The notes under the pieces were generated by a model. The model was not told the origin of the DNA and did no database searches. It worked only from the letters and a program-made list of their open reading frames with translations. From a virus (taxonomy: Duplodnaviria > Caudoviricetes), in IMG/VR virus record IMGVR_UViG_3300022893_000003, positions 1 through 35,687 of that record: 35,687 bases of DNA; one strand, written 5' to 3'. Position numbers and translations under genes: made by a program. Positions 9,034-18,313 of the stretch are shown here, in pieces. Each line of letters opens with the position of its first letter. The stretch's first letter is position 1.

Positions 9034-9615
9034 GTGGCTACGCTGACGTACATCACCGTAACCGGCACTTACTTACGTCCGGACGGCATTACACCTAAAA
9101 TTGGATATGTTGAATTTCGTCCGACTGTACCACTATCTGTTAGTGGTACAGGCGTTATTGTTTCTGAACCTCTTCGGGCACAATTAGATATAAATGGACA
9201 TTTTGAAATTGAATTACTTTCAACTGGTGCTATTGATAATCCTGACTTATCTCCGACAGGGTGGCTTTGGTTTGTAGATGAAAAGATTCAGAATGGTAAT
9301 ATATGGTATTTAGGTTGTGACTCTAGTGGTCCTGACCCATTTGATATTAGTTATGGTTTTTACCCTCCGGGTGCTGCTGTCAGTCCTCCTGCTGTTATAG
9401 AGCCTGGTCCTGCTGGTATTAAGGGTGATAAAGGCGATAGAGGGTCGTTATGGTATGCAGGAGATATTGATCCGGTAGATGGTTCTTATAGACCGCAAGA
9501 TATGTATTTGAATGCTGTAAATGGTGATGTATGGTGGTATGCAGGCACAGGTGTAGAAGATGAGTATCCTTATGGATTCTACCCTTATGGCTCTGGTCCT
9601 TATGGAGGAAGTTAA
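9034..9615 (+). CDS. Tail fibre/minor tail protein, N-terminal part
   Basis: VTGTYLRPDG...G.V.F.P beta-sandwich start common in actinophage minor tail proteins, a short collagen stretch GPAGIKGDKGDRG, and DMYLNAVNGDVW. Confidence 0.72.
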   Translation: MATLTYITVTGTYLRPDGITPKIGYVEFRPTVPLSVSGTGVIVSEPLRAQLDINGHFEIELLSTGAIDNPDLSPTGWLWFVDEKIQNGNIWYLGCDSSGPDPFDISYGFYPPGAAVSPPAVIEPGPAGIKGDKGDRGSLWYAGDIDPVDGSYRPQDMYLNAVNGDVWWYAGTGVEDEYPYGFYPYGSGPYGGS

Positions 9616-12600
9616 TGGCTGTTCAGTTGCCGACTCCCGGTGAGGAGCCGTGGGGTGAAGAACTAAATGCTGCGATCAATAGTATTGACAGTAGGTTAGT
9701 TGTTGTAGAATCGGGTGTTGGAGGAGGGGGAGTTACTGACCATGGAATGCTTAGTGGATTAGCAGATAATGACCATCCTCAGTATCAAGTAGTTTCACAA
9801 AAAGGTATCGCTAGTGGTTATGCTTCTTTAGGTACTGATGGAAAGGTTCCTACAGGACAGTTACCAACTTCTAGTTCTGGGGGAACACTTCCTGCTGATT
9901 TATCTGGATCGTGGTATGCGGGCAGATATTGGTATTCTTTAGGAACGTCAATTACAATTGATGGTTCTTATACTAATAAACTTCGTGATGCTTCTGGTAT
10001 GGTTTTATTTAACAAAGGTGCAAGTGGTGGCACACTTTCTACAGCATCAAATGGTACTATATGGAATGCATTAGTAAATCAAGTTGGTACCGATGCAGAA
10101 GTTATTACAATTGAAACTATTAATGATTTTAGATTAAATGTACCTCTAGGAACTATAGGTGATGTTGCAGACCCATCTGTTTCTTACTATGGTGCATTAA
10201 GTGCTGCATGTGAGTGGACTTTATTTAATAGACCTGCTGCTCGTTTGTTTTTTCTTACAGCATATGGTGATGCCTATACTGGTGGTTATCCTAATGGTGC
10301 AACTCCAAATGCAAATGGTGATTGGTATTTTGACTTTAATGATGCAATGCATAAAGTTGGAAGTGTATACGGTGTTCCTGTTTTAAAGGTAGGTGAAGAA
10401 TCTGGAATTAATTATTATACTTGTCAGTTTTTTACTACTGACATGATTCATATGAATGCAAATGGTGGAACTCGTTATACAGAATATGTTTGGGCTAAAA
10501 TGCGTTCTATGGGTTGGATGACTTCTCGTCCAACTGCTCCGGGTGCAGCATCTCCTGTTCCTGTTACTGGAGTGAGTATTGTGCAAGGTTCTGTTGTTGC
10601 TATTGCACCAACACAGACTATGCAATTATCTGCTTCAATTACTCCATCTAATGCATCCAATAAGGGTGTAACATGGTCTACTAGTGATGCTACTAAGGTT
10701 ACAGTATCTTTGGATGGTTTAATTACTGGTGTAGCAACAGGTAGTGCTAATATTACAGTTACTACTGCTGATGGTGGATTTACTTCTGTTTGTAGTGTTA
10801 CTTGTGCTAATGCTGCTGTATCTAGTGTAGCCATTGCTCCTAAGACGTTTACTTTATTACCCTTTGAGACTCAGCAGTTAACCCCTACAGTGTTGCCTTC
10901 AAATGCAACTAATAAAGCAGTGACATATGCTAGTAATGCTACAGGTGTTGCAACAGTTAATTCTTCTGGATTGGTAACGGCTGTCGCGAATGGTTCTGCT
11001 ACTATTACTGTAACTACAGTGGATCAGGCTAAAACTGATACGGCTGTCGCTACTGTATCCTCTACTGTTCCTGTTACAGGTGTTGATCTTGTTCCTGCTT
11101 CGATAAGTGTTGTTTTAGGTGGAACTAGTCAGTTAACTGCTACTGTTCTTCCTGCAAATGCAACCAACAAGACTGTTACTTATGCTAGTGATAATACTGG
11201 AGTAGCAACTGTTAATTCTTCTGGGTTAGTGACTCCTGTGGCTGCTGGATCAGCAATTATTACAGTTACTACTACAGATGGTAGTAAGACAGATACGACA
11301 GCAGTTACAGTAGCAGCAAGTGATTGGAATCTTCGTAAGGCTACTGCATATGTCTCATTAGGTGTTACTGGTTTGACTGTTGACGGTAATAATGATCCTA
11401 CATGGAGTGGTACAACATGGGCTTACCCAGTTGTGTTCTTTAATGATATATTGGCTGGTGATAATGCTTGTGAGTTTGTTACAACTGGAAGTCCTGGACC
11501 AGGTGGATGGGTAGTTGTTGGTACAGATGGTGAGACATGTTTTGCTGCTATAGGTGACATTAATCCTGGTATTACACTAGAGGCTGTTCCTTCTGCTGCT
11601 GGTTTAGGTTCTACTTCTCCTGCTACTGGTCCAGATTATATTATTAACTCGCCAGCCGGACCATTAAGTAATGGTGTTAAATTCCGTATGGCCCGTGTTG
11701 GAGATATGTTCCATTGTTGGAAGTGGAGTGGAACAGTTTGGACTGAAATTACTCGTGTTGATCTTTCCGGTGCTAATCCTTCTGTTATTGCGTATAAAGG
11801 TCTTGGATTAATGATCGGAGGATCATACTCTAAGGTTCGTGATGTTTGGACTGGTACGTATCTTGCTGGGGCTCAGGTTCCATTAACAGGTATTTCAGTA
11901 GATCAACCTACATTAGGAATTACCGTAGGTGGTACTTCAGGTCTTAGTGTAACTTATAGTCCTGCTAATGCTACTAATAAATCAATGTCATGGTCTTCTA
12001 ATACGCCTTCTGTGGCTACAGTGAATGCAGCAGGTACAGTTACTGGAGTATCTGTAGGAACTGCTACTATTACTGGAACATCAGTAGATGGTAATTTTAC
12101 TGATACTTGCGTAGTTACTGTTACTAATCCTGCTTCTGAATGGGCACTCTCAGCACAGACTGTTTTCCGTGATAATAATTTAAATGGTGTAACTGCAACT
12201 GGTAGTGATCCTACTTATACTAGTGTAACTGCAGGAACTTATGGTGCATTATTAATTAATACGCCTGGACAAAATGCAATAGAGTTTACTATTGCAAATG
12301 GTGCTAACGGGCTTTGGCTTGTCCATGGTACTCATGCTACAGATGGTAATTTTGTAGGATTCGGAGACCTGACTGCAAGCGGTATAACTACTAATGGAGT
12401 GTTTACAGGTGGTGGTATTGGTTTAATTGGTATATCACCTGCTCAATCAACATCACCAGCATATGCTACCGGAAAGGTTTATCGCTTAGGGCGAAGCGGT
12501 ACAAGAGTTAAATTAGTACGAGTTGATCCAGGACCAACACTTGTAACTATTTGGGATGGTGATTTGGCTACTAATTTCCCAAGTAATGCAGCATGGTATG

Positions 12601-12683
12601 CTAACCTTGATCTTGGTGTTATGCAGAACTCATCTTATAGTCTTGTGACTAACTGCAAGACTGGAAGTTGGACACCGGCATGA
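9615..12683 (+). CDS. Tail spike/fibre with SGNH(GDSL) esterase, four Ig-like (Big_2) domains and two copies of an unknown domain
   Basis: SGNH blocks LGTSIT, KGASGG, TIND and DMIH. Four VPVTGV...P.NA(S/T)NK.VT(W/Y).S...VATV...G.VT.V..G.A.IT-type units. Confidence 0.82.
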   Translation: MAVQLPTPGEEPWGEELNAAINSIDSRLVVVESGVGGGGVTDHGMLSGLADNDHPQYQVVSQKGIASGYASLGTDGKVPTGQLPTSSSGGTLPADLSGSWYAGRYWYSLGTSITIDGSYTNKLRDASGMVLFNKGASGGTLSTASNGTIWNALVNQVGTDAEVITIETINDFRLNVPLGTIGDVADPSVSYYGALSAACEWTLFNRPAARLFFLTAYGDAYTGGYPNGATPNANGDWYFDFNDAMHKVGSVYGVPVLKVGEESGINYYTCQFFTTDMIHMNANGGTRYTEYVWAKMRSMGWMTSRPTAPGAASPVPVTGVSIVQGSVVAIAPTQTMQLSASITPSNASNKGVTWSTSDATKVTVSLDGLITGVATGSANITVTTADGGFTSVCSVTCANAAVSSVAIAPKTFTLLPFETQQLTPTVLPSNATNKAVTYASNATGVATVNSSGLVTAVANGSATITVTTVDQAKTDTAVATVSSTVPVTGVDLVPASISVVLGGTSQLTATVLPANATNKTVTYASDNTGVATVNSSGLVTPVAAGSAIITVTTTDGSKTDTTAVTVAASDWNLRKATAYVSLGVTGLTVDGNNDPTWSGTTWAYPVVFFNDILAGDNACEFVTTGSPGPGGWVVVGTDGETCFAAIGDINPGITLEAVPSAAGLGSTSPATGPDYIINSPAGPLSNGVKFRMARVGDMFHCWKWSGTVWTEITRVDLSGANPSVIAYKGLGLMIGGSYSKVRDVWTGTYLAGAQVPLTGISVDQPTLGITVGGTSGLSVTYSPANATNKSMSWSSNTPSVATVNAAGTVTGVSVGTATITGTSVDGNFTDTCVVTVTNPASEWALSAQTVFRDNNLNGVTATGSDPTYTSVTAGTYGALLINTPGQNAIEFTIANGANGLWLVHGTHATDGNFVGFGDLTASGITTNGVFTGGGIGLIGISPAQSTSPAYATGKVYRLGRSGTRVKLVRVDPGPTLVTIWDGDLATNFPSNAAWYANLDLGVMQNSSYSLVTNCKTGSWTPA

Positions 12684-13123
12684 CTTGGGCTAAAGTTGGA
12701 AATATTAAGGGTCCAAAGGGAGACACTGGTCCAGCGTCCACTGTTCCTGGACCTCCGGGTGTAGATGGTGTAGATGGTGTAGATGGTGTAGACGGTATAA
12801 ATGGAATAGATGGTGCAGATTCTACTGTTCCTGGGCCAAAAGGCGATAAAGGTGACAAAGGCGATAAAGGTGACAAAGGTGACAAAGGTGACATAGGTGC
12901 AGACTCTACTGTTCCTGGACCTCAAGGACCGATAGGGCCTCAACAATTCTTTGCTGATCCTGCTGAACCAGCATTAGGTACTGTAGATTTAATTTGGGTA
13001 GATATTGATGATACATCATTAGAAGCCTATGGTCCCACGTTTTGGAAGAAGTGGTCTGGTACACAAGCACAATATGATGCTATTACACCTAAAGATAATA
13101 ATACACTTTATGTGGTGATCTGA
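12680..13123 (+). CDS. Collagen-like tail fibre protein
   Basis: ATGA overlap, a long Gly-X-Y run, and C-terminal KWSGTQAQYDAITPKDNNTLYVV, a common tail-fibre motif. Confidence 0.82.
   Translation: MTWAKVGNIKGPKGDTGPASTVPGPPGVDGVDGVDGVDGINGIDGADSTVPGPKGDKGDKGDKGDKGDKGDIGADSTVPGPQGPIGPQQFFADPAEPALGTVDLIWVDIDDTSLEAYGPTFWKKWSGTQAQYDAITPKDNNTLYVVI
12758..12892 (+). repeat. 9-bp tandem repeats encoding collagen triplets
   Basis: (GGTGTAGAT)n from 12758 and (GGYGAYAAA)x5 at 12842-12886. Confidence 0.9.
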
Positions 13124-13689
13124 TGGTACTTCTTAATACTGCAACTAAGGTGTACTCAGGAAGTACAGCAGCAAAGAAAGTATATTTAGGTTCTCAGCAA
13201 GTTTGGACTAGTGCTCCTGCTGTTACTGGTCCTACATCGTGGTTAAATATATCTTATACACCGGGATCAGATAGAAATGATTTTAATGGAGAAGTAGGTG
13301 TTAGATGGGGAATTGGTGTAACCAATATTTCATTTACTTGGATGGGTGCTCGTTGTCTTAAAACAGGTGATTCAGGTACACGTAAACTTAATCTTTATGA
13401 ATGGTTTTCTAGTAGTAAAGTGGCTACAGCAACAATAGATTTTACAGGTAAAAATGCTGGTGAATATGCTTGGGTACAGGTTCCTCAGTATACTATGTTG
13501 GCTAATGGTTATTATGCTTTATTGATGGAAGTGTCTGTGGGAATGCAGGTTTGGGCTAATCCAGGGCCTACTGTTTTTAATTCATCTATTGTAAATATAT
13601 ATGATAGTTATAAAGATGGTACTGCTGGTGCACTATCAACTGGTTTGGTTAATTCACAGTTTATTGGTGTAGACGTTGGGTGGAACTAA
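13123..13689 (+). CDS. Tail fibre tip/receptor-binding protein
   Basis: N-terminal KVYSGSTAAKKVYLGSQQVW motif, which commonly follows TQAQYDA-type fibre genes. Beta-rich C-terminus and TGATG coupling. Confidence 0.7.
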   Translation: MVLLNTATKVYSGSTAAKKVYLGSQQVWTSAPAVTGPTSWLNISYTPGSDRNDFNGEVGVRWGIGVTNISFTWMGARCLKTGDSGTRKLNLYEWFSSSKVATATIDFTGKNAGEYAWVQVPQYTMLANGYYALLMEVSVGMQVWANPGPTVFNSSIVNIYDSYKDGTAGALSTGLVNSQFIGVDVGWN

Positions 13690-14903
13690 TGAGTGTAACT
13701 CCTGAGAATGCACCTGTAAGGCCTGCGTATATTCGTGATAAGGCTACTGGTTTATACTATAAACTTGCTGTTCAGGGTTTACCAGGTAGTGGTAGTGAGG
13801 GTGGAGTAAGCGATCATGGCTCACTTAGTGGGTTAGCAGATGATGATCATTCTCAATATTTAAATAATGCTCGCGGTGATGCACGTTATTCTTTAATTGC
13901 CCATACTCATACGGGTTATGCAGCAACACTACATACACACTTACAATCAGAATCGCATAACTCTCCTGATACCGATACTGCTACTACTGCATTACATCAT
14001 ACAATCGGTACTGGTGCTAATCAGGCTGCTGCCGGTAACCATACCCATGCTGGCTATGCAGCAACTTCACATACACATACGCAAGCGCAATCGCACAACT
14101 CCCCTGATACTGATGCTTCTCCGACAGCCCTTCATCACACTATTGGTACAGGCGCTAATCAGGCAGCGGCAGGGACACATACGCACACGGCTGCGGCTGT
14201 CGGGGCTGAACCTGCTGGCGCTGTGGCTACACACGCTGCTACTGCCGGACATGAACTACTTTCTACTACGACTCCTGCTGCATTAGGTACGGCGGCTGTC
14301 GGGGTCGGAAATACGACAGCCCGTGCCGACCATATACATGCTATGCCTACGGCTGTTAATGTTGGTGCTGAACCTGCTGGTGCTATTACCACACATGTTG
14401 GTGCTGCTAATCCACATACACAATATCTTTTAAAGTCTGGTGGAGCACTTACTGGTGCTGTTACTGCGGCTGCTGACCCTACAGCAGCATTAGGATTGGC
14501 TACTAAGCAGTATGTAGATTTAAATGATCGTTTTTTTGGTTCAGTTAAATTAACTACAGTTCCTAATAATTCAGTTACATATTTAATCGCTAATAACACA
14601 ACTACTAGAGGCATTACTCATACTGGTGATGGTAATTATGTTGTTTCGAAAACTGGATTATATGTAGCCTCAGTAACAGGTTTATGGTCTACCAGCGTTT
14701 CAGGATTTATTCAATGGGAAAATACAGCAGGTTTAGTGTTTAAATTCTGGTTTACAGCAGCCAATGCTGTTAGTGCGGTTGCTTTCTATCAACTGTCTGC
14801 TGGTGATACTCTTGCTTGTTCTGTTCTTCAAACGTCTGGTTCTGCTGTTACTTTTAATTTATCAGGGTCTAATATCAACATTGTGAGAGTGAGTGAAGTG
14901 TGA
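13689..14903 (+). CDS. Tail fibre protein with HxH repeats
   Basis: DHGSLSGLADDDHSQY, repeated HTH (His-Thr-His), TARADHIHAMP, ANPHTQYL, GGALTG and ATKQYVD fibre motifs, then a beta-rich head. TAATG start. Confidence 0.82.
   Translation: MSVTPENAPVRPAYIRDKATGLYYKLAVQGLPGSGSEGGVSDHGSLSGLADDDHSQYLNNARGDARYSLIAHTHTGYAATLHTHLQSESHNSPDTDTATTALHHTIGTGANQAAAGNHTHAGYAATSHTHTQAQSHNSPDTDASPTALHHTIGTGANQAAAGTHTHTAAAVGAEPAGAVATHAATAGHELLSTTTPAALGTAAVGVGNTTARADHIHAMPTAVNVGAEPAGAITTHVGAANPHTQYLLKSGGALTGAVTAAADPTAALGLATKQYVDLNDRFFGSVKLTTVPNNSVTYLIANNTTTRGITHTGDGNYVVSKTGLYVASVTGLWSTSVSGFIQWENTAGLVFKFWFTAANAVSAVAFYQLSAGDTLACSVLQTSGSAVTFNLSGSNINIVRVSEV
13902..14186 (+). repeat. 138-bp (46-codon) tandem duplication in the tail fibre gene
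   Basis: HTH.GYAAT.HTH.Q..SHNSPDTD...TALHHTIGTGANQAAAG.HTH occurs twice, diverged largely at synonymous sites. Confidence 0.85.
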
Positions 14904-15151
14904 GTTACTACAGTGGTTGGCAGTTAGCCAATGATCAGTACTTTATGAATCGAGTTGGATTCTGTGCTGAAGTAGAAACGTTAGGCTACGATTGGGGTAT
15001 TGATAATCGTATGACTATTGCTGCTTCTCCTGGATTTGCTGAGGCGTACGAGTCTGCTCTTATTGCAGAAGTCTCTAATCCTGGTTTAGATCAAGCAGTC
15101 ATTAGTGATGCTCAGATTCTAAGTGCCGTGCAAACACTGTCTGGAGTTTAA
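14900..15151 (+). CDS. Hypothetical protein (possible fibre chaperone)
   Basis: GTGA overlap. Ends in ISDAQILSAVQ, a motif I recall from small proteins following actinophage fibre genes. Confidence 0.7.
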   Translation: MSYYSGWQLANDQYFMNRVGFCAEVETLGYDWGIDNRMTIAASPGFAEAYESALIAEVSNPGLDQAVISDAQILSAVQTLSGV

Positions 15152-15152
15152 T

Positions 15153-15473
15153 ATGTACTCCGAGTCACTATTATGGTGGGTCGGGGGTACTGTTGTATTA
15201 GTCGGTATTCTTGGACTTATTGGTATGTTTGCATGGTGGGTGGACAGCACATATAAGCAGCGTAATAAGAAAAGGAATTCTAAAGATAATGATGAAGGTC
15301 GTTCGTCCTTGTGGCTAGTGTTTGAAGCGTTCAGTGCTATTCTTGTCGTAACCTCAATGCTAGTTGCTATTTATAGTAGTAGTGCATTACTGCGAGCAGT
15401 AGCAGGGGTGTCTTTGATAGTGTTGGTATCTGCGGCTACTGTATCAATAATGAATCGAATCGGAGATGAATAA
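15153..15473 (+). CDS. Three-TM membrane protein, holin candidate
   Basis: Three hydrophobic segments, GGAG RBS before ATG 15153, TAATG-coupled to the endolysin. Confidence 0.62.
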   Translation: MYSESLLWWVGGTVVLVGILGLIGMFAWWVDSTYKQRNKKRNSKDNDEGRSSLWLVFEAFSAILVVTSMLVAIYSSSALLRAVAGVSLIVLVSAATVSIMNRIGDE

Positions 15474-16714
15474 TGAGTGAGCCGCGTGGAATCGAAGAGC
15501 GTATCGAATGGTTCCAAACCCACAGTCCTAGCGGTTCTGGGATGTGTGCTCAACATACTTGGCATGCTCTTGGCGGCAATAACGGCAACCCTCCTGCATG
15601 GGGTGCTGAGGACGCTAACGCTTGCGTGGACAAGGTAAAGGCGTCCGGACGTTACTGGACCCCGCAGACGTGGGATGGACCCCCTCCTAGGGGGGCGTGG
15701 GTGGGTTGGAAGTATGGTAATAATGGACATGCTGCTCTGAGCAACGGTGATGGAAAGATTAGCACTACGGACCCTAGTGGTAATCAGGGTATGTGTGGAA
15801 TTGAGCCATTGGATTATCCGAAGAAATGGGGTTTCGATGACTCTAATGGCGACTACACTGTGTGGACGGACCAATACAACGGCGTGCGCTTCCCTGTCGG
15901 AGTCGTGATGGAACCGGGCGAAGTATACCTAAGCAAGTTGGTTTATGCTACAGAAGATTCAGATAGTGTTAAGCGGCTACAGCAAGTGCTGAACGATCAT
16001 CCTCTGTCGGGTGGAGAGCCTCTACCGATCACTGGGAATTATTATGATGAGACAGACGAAGAGGTACGTCTCTGTCAGCAGCAGCACGGTTTCGGTAACG
16101 ATGCTGCCGGTCATTCTTCTGTCGGACCAAGCCAAGCAGAACATTTATTTGCTGGTACAGGGAATACTGTTATTGATGATATTTCTACTGATAGCGGTAG
16201 TCCTGGACCTACTCCTCCTAAACCCCCAGTCTCCGAAACTAAAACCTTCCCTTTGGGCATTGAGTATCATTATAGCAATAAGCCTGCTGGTACTTTTACT
16301 TTTTCAGGAAGTTATAAAAAGTTAGACGTAGCATCTTGGGGTCCGAAGAAAGATGGCTTGACTCTTGGTATGCTTTATGCTAATGTTGATGGTAGCGGAG
16401 AGTTTAGATCACGATTAATTAGAGAAGATTTTAATGGGTCTGGTGAAGACCCTACTGCTTATCAGACTCACTATCCTAAGTCTGGTGACAATTACCTGTT
16501 GACTCATGTGTGGTTTGAGTCTGGTGAAGCAAATCGTAAGTTGCATTATGAATTGTGTACTATGGATGGCGAGACTATGAATGTCGGTACTCGCTATGCT
16601 AAATTTGTTACGATTCCATGGGAAGTAGTTGTTGTGGTTACTGAGGCATTGGCGGTGTACTCAGCAGTTCGGACTCCTGTCGTGAAAGTCTTAAATTGGC
16701 TTAAGGCGTCCTAA
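15473..16714 (+). CDS. Endolysin: CHAP/NlpC-like Cys-His peptidase, peptidoglycan-binding domain and C-terminal domain
   Basis: GMCAQHT...PPRGAWVGW...GHAALS catalytic Cys/His pattern. DSVKRLQQVLN...ITGNY...VRLCQQQHG...VGP resembles PG_binding_1. Pro-rich linker. Confidence 0.78.
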   Translation: MSEPRGIEERIEWFQTHSPSGSGMCAQHTWHALGGNNGNPPAWGAEDANACVDKVKASGRYWTPQTWDGPPPRGAWVGWKYGNNGHAALSNGDGKISTTDPSGNQGMCGIEPLDYPKKWGFDDSNGDYTVWTDQYNGVRFPVGVVMEPGEVYLSKLVYATEDSDSVKRLQQVLNDHPLSGGEPLPITGNYYDETDEEVRLCQQQHGFGNDAAGHSSVGPSQAEHLFAGTGNTVIDDISTDSGSPGPTPPKPPVSETKTFPLGIEYHYSNKPAGTFTFSGSYKKLDVASWGPKKDGLTLGMLYANVDGSGEFRSRLIREDFNGSGEDPTAYQTHYPKSGDNYLLTHVWFESGEANRKLHYELCTMDGETMNVGTRYAKFVTIPWEVVVVVTEALAVYSAVRTPVVKVLNWLKAS

Positions 16715-16860
16715 TGCCGTACAACATTGTTAAGCGTGGTGGCAATTATGCCATTGTGCGTAAGGAAGATGGTAAAACTGTAGGAACATCTAAATCAAAA
16801 CTTCAGGCTGCTGCATCAGCCAGAATTAGAATGGCAGCCGCACATAGAAAGAAGAAGTAA
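16714..16860 (+). CDS. 48-aa basic protein (not in ORF track)
   Basis: TAATG overlaps at both ends. MPYNIVKRGGNYAIVRKEDGKTVGTSKSKLQAAASARIRMAAAHRKKK*. Confidence 0.8.
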   Translation: MPYNIVKRGGNYAIVRKEDGKTVGTSKSKLQAAASARIRMAAAHRKKK

Positions 16861-17288
16861 TGTTTGACGTTGATCTTCCGACAGCCCATGACGACGGACA
16901 TTTCGTCTCTGCTAAGGTTAGTAGGGTGGTAGAGTTAATTCGTGAATACGATTCTCGGCTGGATGTCAAGTGGGTGCCGCCTGACCAGCGAGGCCCTACT
17001 GATCCGGCTTTTGCCATTACAGAAAGACTTGCTGATGGAAGAGAAGTTATCGCATTCTACGTTGACTCAGAAGAGTCTTTTGACGAGGACGTGCTTGCAC
17101 GGGTGTATGCAGGTGACAATGCGAAAAACGACGTACAATCGAGAGTTGATGCACAGAATGAAGCAGCGAAACGAGTACAAGAAGCCAAACACAGGGAAGA
17201 ACTAGAGCAGTACTATTCCCTCTTAGGCTCTATGATTACTAGTAAAAAGCATACATACAGGCATGATGGTAAGAAGTATATTCTTTAG
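16860..17288 (+). CDS. Hypothetical protein
   Basis: 142 aa, coupled start, globular N-terminus and coiled-coil C-terminus. Confidence 0.78.
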   Translation: MFDVDLPTAHDDGHFVSAKVSRVVELIREYDSRLDVKWVPPDQRGPTDPAFAITERLADGREVIAFYVDSEESFDEDVLARVYAGDNAKNDVQSRVDAQNEAAKRVQEAKHREELEQYYSLLGSMITSKKHTYRHDGKKYIL

Positions 17289-17296
17289 GAGGCGTT

Positions 17297-17671
17297 ATGC
17301 CTGATTGGAAAGCATTACAGCGTGCTGCTAGTACTAGAGGTAAAGAAATGCATACTAAACCTAAAGTTGCTATTCCTAAATCACGAAGTAGGGATGCTGT
17401 TAGACGTAGGGCTTTAAAAAATATAGAAGAAAGAGGAAGAAGTAATCCAGAGTACAATAAGCGTTTCTATAAAAATAAAGGTGATTTTGGACCTAGGAGA
17501 ATTACTTCTAAAGAAATGGAGAAAGAGCCTAGAGGTATTTGGGAACATCTTTCAGAAAGTGGTAATGATAGATTTACACGACGAGAATTTAAAGCAGAAA
17601 AGGGAAGAGTTAGGTCACAATATTTGAATGAAGAAGCGAGAGCCAAACGTCGTAAGAAGCGTAGTAAGTAG
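17297..17671 (+). CDS. Highly basic hypothetical protein (possible DNA-condensing core protein)
   Basis: AGGAGG RBS; very K/R-rich 124 aa. Confidence 0.72.
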   Translation: MPDWKALQRAASTRGKEMHTKPKVAIPKSRSRDAVRRRALKNIEERGRSNPEYNKRFYKNKGDFGPRRITSKEMEKEPRGIWEHLSESGNDRFTRREFKAEKGRVRSQYLNEEARAKRRKKRSK

Positions 17672-17680
17672 GAGGGCGCT

Positions 17681-18313
17681 GTGAAACTTGGCGACATTAT
17701 CAAGCGGGTGCAGCGTCAGTTTGGTGACGACGTTGAGGCTCAGATTACGGAAGAAGATATTGTTCGCTGGGTCAATGATGCCTGCTTAGAGATTGCTGTT
17801 ACTAATGCAACAAATCAAGGTTATTTCCTTGGTACGACACCTGTAACAAATGGTGTCAAGGAATATGAACTCCCTGCTGATTTGCTTACGCTTCGTTCTA
17901 TTAGATTAGAAAACTCTAAATTAATAGGAACAACGTATGAACAAATCACAGAAATAGATGAGTATTCAGATGCAACTACTGGTAAGCCTACGCATTATTA
18001 TGTGTATGGTGGGAAAGTAGTTTTGTATCCTATACCTAGTCAAGATTATCCAACCTTGACTATTATGTATGTTAAAACTCCTGACCTTCTTTCTTTTGAA
18101 ATGAAAAATATTGAGCCTGACGTTCCGGTTCAATATCATCCTCGTATTGTAGAGTATTGTATTGCTCAGGCTGCTGAATTAGATGATAATTTAGGTCATT
18201 ATCAGCAGAAGATGGGTCAATTTCAACAAAACCTTATGGCACTTAAACAAAATAATGAACAGCCTGAGAGTGAGAGTTATTATGCTTCTGTTATTTATAT
18301 AGAGGAATACTAA
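17681..18313 (+). CDS. Head-tail adaptor (tail tubular protein A-like)
   Basis: DIVRWVNDACLEIA, EYELPADLL, GKPTHYY, LYPIP and VPVQYHPRIVEY are typical of podoviral adaptors. AGGAGG RBS. Confidence 0.82.
   Translation: MKLGDIIKRVQRQFGDDVEAQITEEDIVRWVNDACLEIAVTNATNQGYFLGTTPVTNGVKEYELPADLLTLRSIRLENSKLIGTTYEQITEIDEYSDATTGKPTHYYVYGGKVVLYPIPSQDYPTLTIMYVKTPDLLSFEMKNIEPDVPVQYHPRIVEYCIAQAAELDDNLGHYQQKMGQFQQNLMALKQNNEQPESESYYASVIYIEEY

Noticed and set aside
13902-14186. Duplicated tail-fibre segment as a DGR template/variable repeat pair
   Set aside because: The copies are tandem, in frame, and differ mostly at synonymous sites rather than adenines. No reverse transcriptase is in the window.
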